DNA of 36,943 nt from Calcarisporiella thermophila CBS 279.70 (Eukaryota; Fungi; Calcarisporiellomycota), in the NCBI RefSeq assembly GCF_041956535.1, contig NW_027192195.1, positions 902,510-939,452 of the forward strand, given 5' to 3'. Both the position numbers and the translations under genes were made by a program. Of this stretch, positions 1 to 9,270 are shown one piece after another; positions within the stretch are counted from its first letter, which is position 1; every line of letters starts with the position of its first letter. The notes below the pieces were generated by a model that searched no databases, was not told where the DNA came from, and saw nothing but the letters and a program-made list of their open reading frames with translations.

Positions 1-672
1 GGATGGAGTGGTTAACGGCGTTCCGACAGTTGACGTGAGAGTGTAGGTCGGGTACACGGTCACAGTGGTCTTAGGTGCTTCCGGTGGTACATCAGGAGGA
101 GTAGTCAATGGGGTGCCATAGTATGATGTGAGAGTGTATGTCGGGTATACAGTCACGGTAGTCTTAGGTGCATCAGGAGGTACATCAGGAGGAGTGGTCA
201 GTGGAGTGCCATAGTATGAAGTGAGAGTGTAGGTTGGATACACAGTGACCGTTTCTTTTGGCGCCTCAGGTGGCACATCAGGAGGAGTGGTCAGCGGAGT
301 GCCATAATAAGAAGTGAGGGTGTATGTTGGATACACGGTAACAGTTGTCTTGGGCGCTTCTGGTGGCACATCAGGTGGAGTGGTCAACGGAGTGCCATAA
401 TAAGAAGTGAGGGTGTATGTTGGATACACGGTAACTGTTGTCTTGGGCGCTTCTGGTGGCACATCAGGTGGAGTGGTTAACGGGGTACCATAGTATGAAG
501 TGAGGGTGAAAGTTGGATACACTGTCACTGTTTGTAACGCAGCTCCTGGTGGGACGTCTGCAGGAGTAGTTAAAGGTGTGCCATAATAGGATGTAAGTGT
601 GAAAGTGGGCGTTATAGTCACTACAACTGTTGGAGCTCCTGGTGGAACATCTGGAGGTATCGAAAGCGGTGT
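1..672 (-). repeat. Coding tandem repeat, 93-bp unit (consensus TPLTTPPDVPPEAPKTTVTVYPTYTLTSYYG), 7 full units plus a partial one
   Basis: Period seen directly, e.g. gccataataagaagtgaggg at 301 and 394. Among the core units differences are mostly at third codon positions. Confidence 0.95.
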
Positions 673-1089
673 GCCTATAGTCGATGTTAAAGTATACGTT
701 GAATACACGGTAGGTGTTACAGTCACGGTCTCTGTGACTTCCACCTCAACCGGTGTAATAGTCTCTGTCTCTGTGACTACCTCCTCAACCGGAGTAATCG
801 TTTCGGTGACGTACTCGACCACCTCACTTGGGTAGATGGTTACCGTGTCTGTCACGGTAACAGTATTGCCGTATGGATCTGTCCCGGTAATTATTACTGG
901 CGTAGTATAGATTTGGTTTGGATCATATCCTCCCGGAACTTTACCACCAAGGAGTCCACCAAGAATATCCATCTTTTTTTGTAGTAAGGCTCCGATTAAT
1001 CCAAGTGTTCTGCGCTGCATTGGAGGCACGGCGCCCGCCGTGCCAGATAACGCGAGCGTAGCTATCGCTAATAGTGTGGTTATTTTCAT
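1..1089 (-). CDS. Secreted Thr/Pro/Tyr-rich tandem-repeat (adhesin/cell-wall-like) protein, 3'-truncated by the window edge
   Basis: ATG at 1089 and 363 codons with no stop down to base 1, which is why it is absent from the ORF track. Signal peptide MKITTLLAIATLALSGTAGA, dibasic QRR, an acidic TETITPVE region, then at least 7 copies of a 31-aa repeat. Confidence 0.9.
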   Translation of the reverse strand, partial: MKITTLLAIATLALSGTAGAVPPMQRRTLGLIGALLQKKMDILGGLLGGKVPGGYDPNQIYTTPVIITGTDPYGNTVTVTDTVTIYPSEVVEYVTETITPVEEVVTETETITPVEVEVTETVTVTPTVYSTYTLTSTIGTPLSIPPDVPPGAPTVVVTITPTFTLTSYYGTPLTTPADVPPGAALQTVTVYPTFTLTSYYGTPLTTPPDVPPEAPKTTVTVYPTYTLTSYYGTPLTTPPDVPPEAPKTTVTVYPTYTLTSYYGTPLTTPPDVPPEAPKETVTVYPTYTLTSYYGTPLTTPPDVPPDAPKTTVTVYPTYTLTSYYGTPLTTPPDVPPEAPKTTVTVYPTYTLTSTVGTPLTTPS

Positions 1090-2519
1090 TTGCTTTTCAT
1101 GTAATGAAAAATAGCGAAACGAAAGCAAATGGTTGATGTAACATTAAGTGAAAAATAAAAATATTTGAATTCAGGCAATATTTCTAGGGTCCTAAGAAAA
1201 TAATTAAGAGAAGGGGCCTTAGTCACCCTGCACTAAACATCCAACTATTTAAGGGTATTAATAGCTAGCTCCTATGACCAAAAAGGAAAGTTAAAATAGA
1301 TTTTAAACCCTTATTAAATATCCCAAGCTTGACATCTGATGGCGCATTCATATTTTTCTGAGATTACAGAAATTTTATTTATTATCTAATCAATTAAAAG
1401 GTAAAATTTTTGTCAGATAGTCTAACCTGAATAAATAGAGCAAATAAGTATATAAATACATGTTAATATGAGATTAAAATTATAATAAATTACCAAATAT
1501 AAAGTGTCTCAATCTTCGTCAAAGAAAATGGAGCGACTTTGTGCTAAATTTAATTCTCCTATTTATATCGAAGGTATAATGGTTCTCTGACGTAAGAAGA
1601 TTACGTTGGCACGATCTTTGTCGATCTTAGCAATGAAATATTGATGGCCATGTTACTGAGATATCATCAAGGGGGAATTTGTATTGATATAATCTTTAAC
1701 TAGGGTTCGTAAATTTGGTACTTTTTCTATTCAATTCTCTATATCCACAAATCATACAGGATTTCAACTAAAATTTTTAAATTTCTTTGCCATTGCTGAC
1801 ACTATAACTTAACCCTTGCTCTTAGTAATAGACCGGGGATAGAAATCTGTTCACCAAAAAAAAAAGCTCCCATGCCTAACTATACTCTCGACATTTTGTA
1901 TCAAAACAAGTTAGTTTGATGCTGCACTTAGCAACTCCTTTACTAAAGCTGGCTAAAACTGTTTTGTCAAATTAATAATGAAAAACTTTTGAGTTAAATT
2001 ATTCCAATATACTTTCACCCATTCACATTCGTATAGGATAATCAATATTAATAAGAATAATGTCGCATGAAAAAAAAAATGATTAGTTAGAAAAAACTTA
2101 TCCTAAGTGATAGTAGGTTATAAGGTGTCAATTTAAAAAAAATGAACGTTCTGGGAATGAACTTAGAGCCTTCTGTATGAAAAAAACACTATATATTCGC
2201 CCAGCATAAAATTGTTACGGAAAATATCTTTCGTTCAAAGAGAATTACCTGCTGTAATAAGGGGGTTTGACGCGCGGGAGGAGGAATGGTGTAGTGGTCT
2301 ATTTCTTGGAGGAGGTGGAGAAATTTAGTGGTAAGTACTCATCAGTGCTAACGAGAGTTCAAAGCTTGCTTCTCCCTCCTGCAATCTAGTGTCTGGGCTT
2401 TCCAATTGATTTGAATATTATGGCAGTCACGCGTAGTCACAGGCGTAAACAATGATTTTTTGGTTTTATTCAACTATATAATTTACTTAAACCTACGGGC
2501 CATCAAAAGTAGAGTCAAA

Positions 2520-5157
2520 ATGGGGAAAGTTCATCGAAAAAAAACAAATGCTCGTAAAAACCCCACTGGGGTGCCATCAATTAGCGATCTGGAACGAGCT
2601 TCTACAGAGTTACAGATCCCCGCAATGAGAGAAGAAGATATAGTACCAGTCATACAAAAGGTATATTTCAATAGCACAGTCAAAAATCCACGTTTGATTG
2701 ATACCTTTTATTTTAGCTATCTTCGCCTGATACATCAGAGCGCGCTTGGGCTGCCGCCTGCTGCTCGAATCTTGTACAGCATAATCTTGCTACCCGAAGA
2801 TTACTCTGTTCTAAAGGGCTCATAAAACTGTTAATCGAGCGACTTATCGATCCTCCTGAGGTTTTAGTCGAAGTTACTGGCACATTAAGAAATCTAGCCT
2901 TGATAGAACATGAATTGTGTGTCGAGATGTACAACAAAGATATAATTACACCGTTACAGCGTTTGATGGTGGAGGTAGCATAATTAAAATTCTCCGATTG
3001 CTATCTATAATTCAAAATAATTTTAATTCTTCGTGCAGATTTCCAAAACCATTAAAGCTGTCTTGGATGATGCTCCAATTTCTGAGAAACAGGAGAATGA
3101 AGCTCGGAAACTAGTATGGGATTTGGCCGATAATATTATATCCATTTTTTGGAGTTTGAGGTAAGTTTAGGCTAGAATAACCTCAACTTTTTTTTTCTTA
3201 CGATATAACTGGTTTATAGCGAGAATTCTCAGAAGGCCTTGAGCCGTCTTAACAAAATGGATATAGTTGCATATTTAATGGCATTTTTGTCAATTATTCC
3301 AAATGATAAGGTGCCACTTCGCGTTAGCGTAACAGCTGGTATGTAGTATTTAACTTAGCTTTTCGCTATAGTTTGCTAACCCTTTCTATTTTTTTTTTAG
3401 CTGAATGCCTTCATACTCTCACCGATGACAATAAAGATGGGCTCACACCGTTTAAACAACACCCTGAATATACAAATGTGCTTATTGGAATCGTAAATAA
3501 TACTAAGAATGACGAAGAATACACCCTCCTGCGCGTGCTTGCTTCTGGTATTTATTAACTTTAAAATCGTATTAAAAATGCCAGTATAAATAATACATTT
3601 ATACGCTTTAGGAATTCTGCTTAATATTCGTCATGTAATTCCTTCAACGGAAGTCGAAGATGCGACCACGGAGATCAATAAACTTGTAATACCAGTTCTT
3701 TCTCCTGTATTAGCATGTGATATCCAGGCGTCTGCAGTAATGGCTGAAAAAATATCCGAGGTTCGTTTTATTCTTTACAGCACATTAGTTGCTTAATTAA
3801 CTTAGACTATATCAATTCCTAGCAAATACCTAAAGAGGCGGTTGATTTAACGAAATTGAAGCGGGTCGTTAGCCAAGAAGAAGTAACTTTTTTTTCTGAA
3901 AGCTTTTTATCTACTTGACTCTTAACGCTTTTTTTTACCAGAAAACTTTAGAGACAATTGAAATGAGACTCAAGGCCCTTCAATTCTCACTCGAATTTCT
4001 TGCTGATATCTGTTCTCAGAGCACAGAAAATGAATGGGACGATCAACAAGAAAACAATGAGAACGGTGATGTAATGCTTGATGAAGACGATAGAGATGAA
4101 GAGACCATGGAAGATGAAGATGTAGAAACAGCAAGCGAGGCAATTACTGGCAAAAATGATGCTGTGTCTGAAGCGCTTAAGTGCCACCCCATTTATCGTA
4201 TATTGTCTCATGAGGTCGTGCCTCAACTAGTGCGACTTGCGGAGCCTTTTTCCATTCCTTCCAATCTCTCACCTACTATTGTCGAAGCACTTAATACGGT
4301 GCAATTGAGGGCGCTTGAATGTTTAAATAATTATTTGTTGACAGTGGCAGAGACTCCAGGTCGACCATGGTATAAAGAACACGAAGAAGATGCGCGGCGG
4401 TGCTGGACATGGATTTTTGGCGTGGCCGCTAATACTGGTGTGGTTAGAGAAGAAATAAGGACAAGCATGACTGAAGTGTTGGCAGGATGTCTTTGGACTT
4501 TGGCTAGAGGTTTAGAGGCCCAAGTGGTAAGTGTTTTAAAAGATACGACGCTCTGAACTTTTTTATTCATTTCTTTTATTTATCATCATTTCAGCCAATA
4601 ACGGACGAGCAAATTCAATCCCTCATATCTGGTCTTACTTCCGGCACCAGCGGGAGCCAAGCGCGCATTATCGGCACGTTGGGAGTAATTGCGCGTCGAC
4701 AGGGTCAAATTGAAACCAATAAGGTAGGTGATAGATTGAAATAACCGATAGAGTATTTACTTATTTTCTCTTTCGTGCAGATGATCGGTCAACTTCTCCT
4801 TCGTATTGTCCATGAACTACCCCCGAATGGCACCACTTCACCAGAATGTGCCATTGAGGCTCTTAATGCAATTTATGATGTGTACGGTGACGCGGAATAT
4901 GATTATGATTTACCAGTTTTTGTCGAGGGAAGGTTTTTGGATGCTTTACGGAATTCTGTCCTCCCTGTGCGTGCAATGGTATGCATTCCTTGGTTTGAAC
5001 CTTTAAAGTATCGAAATGTGGTAGCTTAATGTTAAATTTGTTACAGATGAAGTCTATCGATCGAAGGAAGCAGAATGAACTACGATTACGTGCAGATGAA
5101 GCACTTATGAACCTAAGGGCCTTCATCAAGTACAAGGAGAATGAGCGCAAATGCTAG
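2520..5157 (+). CDS. SYO1: Synchronized import protein 1 (Syo1/HEATR3), ARM/HEAT import adaptor for Rpl5-Rpl11, about 672 aa
   Basis: 11 exons with GT-AG junctions join in frame: 2520-2660, 2717-2974, 3039-3160, 3220-3338, 3401-3547, 3612-3760, 3823-3882, 3942-4526, 4595-4723, 4781-4978, 5047-5157. Basic N-terminus MGKVHRKK..RKNP, ERAWAAACCSNL, an acidic loop, and C-terminal motifs IEALNAIYDVYGD.EYDYD and ADEALMNLRAFIKYK. Confidence 0.85.
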
Positions 5158-5553
5158 AAGCACTTGTTATTAACGACTCAATGTCGAAAATATAGTCTAC
5201 AATATAGCTCCACTTACCTAATGTGTAGATAATTATTTATCTATTTAGGATTCAACACTTTAAAGCTCAAGATATAAACGTTAAATTTCATGGAAATGAG
5301 TGTCTTTTAAGATAGTTTCCAAAAAAAATAAGAGAGCAGTGGATGATAAAAAGTCCAATTAATTTTATCATATTTATCAGTTTATAAAAGACCTAAAATA
5401 GTGGTATAAAAAGGAGAGGGGAAAAGAGAAAAAGAGGAAAATAAAAACAGAATATAAAAAGAAATGTTGAGGTTATCAAACAGTTAATTACAGAAAAAGG
5501 AAACACAAATATGGCGCGAAATAATAGAGAAAAAATTCAATATGTGCATAGCG

Positions 5554-6758
5554 CTACCCAGAAATCGTATTATCCAATATCATGGTCACATCCTCTACAT
5601 GTGCAAGATCCTCCAAAAACGCTACCATATCTGTTAACTCAGTATCATGTGGGTCCGAAAACCAAGATGAAACTGGTACAGCGTTTGCTGGGTGAAATAG
5701 GTAAGAAACAGGCGAGTTATCGATTATCACAACATTACGGAGATCACGACCCAACTGGGAAAGGTCCTACAAAAATAATACAATATGTATGAATTAAACA
5801 CGGCATTGCAATAGTTAACAATTATCAATGTTTGTAAGCCACCTACCTTCACATAATTACCCTTGTGTTGGAAACAAGATTCTCTAAATAAGCGATGCCG
5901 GACTACCTTGTGAACATCAAGTAGATCGAGAACTGGGTCAGCATACTTAGCAAGACTGGCAGTGAATACTACAATCTCATATAGTTCGCCCATTCTCTTC
6001 ATAAACTCATCAACTCCAGGGCGCTTAATTACGTATACGTTATGAATTTGATTTTCAATCTCGACAGGGACAATAAAGTCAGCCTGTTGCACAGCCTAAA
6101 AATCCATCTTATTACTCAATGCACTTATCACTCAGACTATTGATAATTCATACCTTAAATGAGCTGTGGACTAACGTTTCGTCTAAGTCCAATACCAAAC
6201 ATTTCCTTTCCTGATCCATTGGGTCAGGTTGGCGTAGCAACCAAGTCTGCTCAGCCATAGATTCGGGCTCAACAACTGCTACCTCCTCATTCACGCCTTC
6301 ATCTCTATCTGATTCGCCTTGATCTTCTGTTCTTTCTGGCTCTATTATTATAGCAGATTTTCTTCCTGTCCCATTTAAAGTAGCCTGGGATGCATTTCCC
6401 TCAAGAAATGCACGCGATGTGCAGCATAAAAGTAGAGAAAAAAATCCTCGTGGATTCCTTGGAGAAGGAACAGCAGGAGGTTCTGGAGGCGATGTAGGGG
6501 ATTTTACAAGCTGAGCTGCTGAAGGAGGAAATGTTACATCCTTGCTCCCATTATTGCTCTTTATAGAATTCTTGAGAGGCACTTCAGATCCTGATATGGG
6601 CTCTAAGTAGAAAGGATTGAAAATATAATAATATAAACGAGATAATATAGTTTAATACCTTCTTGCTCCTTCTTCATCACATTCGCTTTTGTTCGTCCAT
6701 CGGGTGACACTTGAGTGATAACAGAGGAGAGCACAGAAGATGATTCCGGTACGTCCAT
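5554..6758 (-). CDS. PSR1: Psr1/Psr2-like CTD small phosphatase (FCP1/NIF HAD domain), about 336 aa
   Basis: Exons 6758-6659, 6602-6154, 6095-5847, 5766-5554. Motifs [60 protein letters not shown]. Palmitoylation-like GFFSLLLCC upstream of the domain. Confidence 0.9.
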
Positions 6759-7229
6759 TTTGGGGGATGAATCAAATATTCTCCTCAAAAGACGATAAAA
6801 TAAAAATAAAGAAAAGAAAAAATTAAAGTGAATATAAATTTACTTGCAATATTCTTCAGGATTAACGATAAAATTTGAGTTCTAAATCCTTAAAACAAGA
6901 GGAAAAAGAAAAAAAGAAAAAGCGCTAAAAAAATTTGATTAATAAAAACCAGCGTATAAGGGTGATATTAACGCATTCAAAATAATATAAATGTTAATAG
7001 TATAAAAAACAATATAAAAGGATTAATCGTCTAAACTCTTCAAAACATCACTTCAAAGACTTCAGCTCCAAGATTGTATGTGGAGGTGTGTGGAAGTTTG
7101 TTTGAATCCAGTCTATGTATTTTACAAGCCACTCGAGTAAGCACATATTCCTAAAATTAATGAATTGCTTTACTCTTGAGATTTTGTTGCTCAACATCCA
7201 AGTAATTTTACAACAAATTTTGTATCGAT

Positions 7230-7812
7230 ATGGCAGATAGAGTAAGTGCCATTAGTTATGAATCGATATTATAGTGATGACATTTATTCGATGTTTAGGC
7301 AAGAGGAGGACGTGGTGGTGGAGGTGGAAGGAATCGGGGCAGCTACGGTGGGAGCGAAGGTCGTCGAGGAGGCCATGGTGGGAGAGACAAAGATAGCGAG
7401 AAACCAAAGAGAGAATCCATCCTTGATCTTTCCAAATATATGGATAAGAAAATTCGCGTAAAATTCAGTGGTGGGCGCGAAGGTATAATTGTCATAGCAA
7501 ATTGCTATATCATAATATAACATTCTAAAATATTTATCACCCCAGTGTTTGGCGTGTTGAAAGGGTATGATCAATTATTGAATTTGGTGCTTGATGAGAC
7601 CAACGAAAGCTTGCGAGGTCAGTATACTTCTTTTATAACTATTAGAGTCACTCATACATACTTTTATTACTTTAGATCCGGAAACTGGTCAACTCACTGA
7701 TAAGACTCGGAACCTTGGCTTAGTGGTGCTCCGTGGGCCAACTGTTATCCTGATATCCCCTGTCGATGGAATGGAGGAGATAGAGAATCCATTCGTAACA
7801 GATGAGGCGTAG
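7230..7812 (+). CDS. LSM7: U6 snRNA-associated Sm-like protein Lsm7, about 134 aa, with an RGG-rich N-terminal extension
   Basis: Exons 7230-7241, 7299-7482, 7546-7617, 7676-7812. Translation KPKRESILDLSKYMDKKIRVKFSGGREVFGVLKGYDQLLNLVLDE...RNLGLVVLRG...ISPVDGMEEIENPF is the Lsm7 signature. Confidence 0.95.
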
Positions 7813-9270
7813 TGCCCTTTTTCTTTTATATGGGTTACAATCGTTGCTTTATATGCTGTAAAGATGAAAGTGCGAGATATTGTTGAGCATTTTTAAAAAA
7901 TTCATTTCTCAAATTTTACTTTTGCTTTTAGAAATAATAACTAAATAAGAATTTGGTTGAATTATAAAGGTAGAGCTTACTCAAATGAAAAGATAATCTA
8001 CAAAAAAAAAAACGAGTAGTTTATGTCAAACAAAAATAGGGTTTTTAAAATGTCTACACTTAAGAATATGGAAAGAATGTTAAATATTCTTTCAATACCC
8101 TTATAAATGCTGTTCGAAGAGGATTTTGAACAGCGTTTCGAGTATCTGCTGTGTTCAGAATATGTTCTATAACTGCTTTACATTTTGCAAAAAATTTAGT
8201 GCATACTCAAAATTTTCTTATAATTCCGAATACCTGAATGCATATTTTCATTGCATTTTTGGAAAATACATTCACAGTTTCCAAGGTCTATTGTGCTTCA
8301 TGTATTTCCTCTAGCTTGGGTGTGCTGAGTAATTTTTGCCAGAGAAATACTTTGCTTGCTTGAGTAACTGATACATTGACTGGTCTAATAGCTCCACTAT
8401 TCTAAGTTTCTCGCGTGAGGGCAGGTTTGAAAATACGGTCAATGTATTTCAGACTAAAATATATATAATAGCTTATATCGTATCGCTATTTATCCGATGG
8501 CTGAGCGTAAACTGATAACTGCTATTTTCAAGAGTTTATTGTTGCCATTAAACTATATAGAAAGTGGACTATAATTTCCATCATACATTTATAATGAGTA
8601 ATTTCATAGTAGAATGTGTTCAATCCTCGAATAGATTAATTCATGTAAATGAACCATAGGCGCAGTTCACATACCTGTAAATGCCGACTGCTAATATATG
8701 AATTGGGATAGAAACTTCCGTATTTGTCAACATATCTAAATGCGCATGCATTATCCAGCCATCTGTTTTTCAAAGTTCATAATTGGCGTTAAATCAATTC
8801 CAGTTATATATATATTCTTCTGAATAACCACATATCACACATATATTAGTATTTCTGAAATTATCAATTTCATGTTTATGACCATAATGTAGATGCATCT
8901 TGGACATTTTTTTATATGTATCCATAAAAATATGTTAGCTTGAATAACTTCCACTATTAACACAGATAATCTATTTTTTATTTGATATCCAGCGAATTAT
9001 TAATTTATGAACAGAAAAATATCATGCACACTGAGTTTCAAATACGAGTGTGGCTTGTATGCTAGCCACTTCATGATTCTCCGCCTCCATGAGAAAAACG
9101 AAATAGTTGAAATGACCATTTAATTGGATTTAATTACTTTCACCTTAATGAATAATTAGCCATTACTGAAATTTCTTATACTTTAGTAGCACTTGATTTA
9201 TAACCTCTTCATATATACCCTTACTCCTCCTTTAATCACATTAAATATACTTTTTTTTATACCCTGCGAT

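Noticed and set aside
1-672. Regular repeats as a possible CRISPR array
   Set aside because: Contiguous 93-bp coding units with no unique spacers, in a eukaryotic context.
599-835. 78-aa plus-strand Val/Thr-rich ORF
   Set aside because: Antisense shadow of the minus-strand repeat protein, which has an ATG, a signal peptide and synonymous-site variation.
2338-2434. CTCATC (PAC-like) and ACGCGT (MCB-like) motifs upstream of SYO1
   Set aside because: Single 6-mers are expected by chance, and their function is not established in this lineage.
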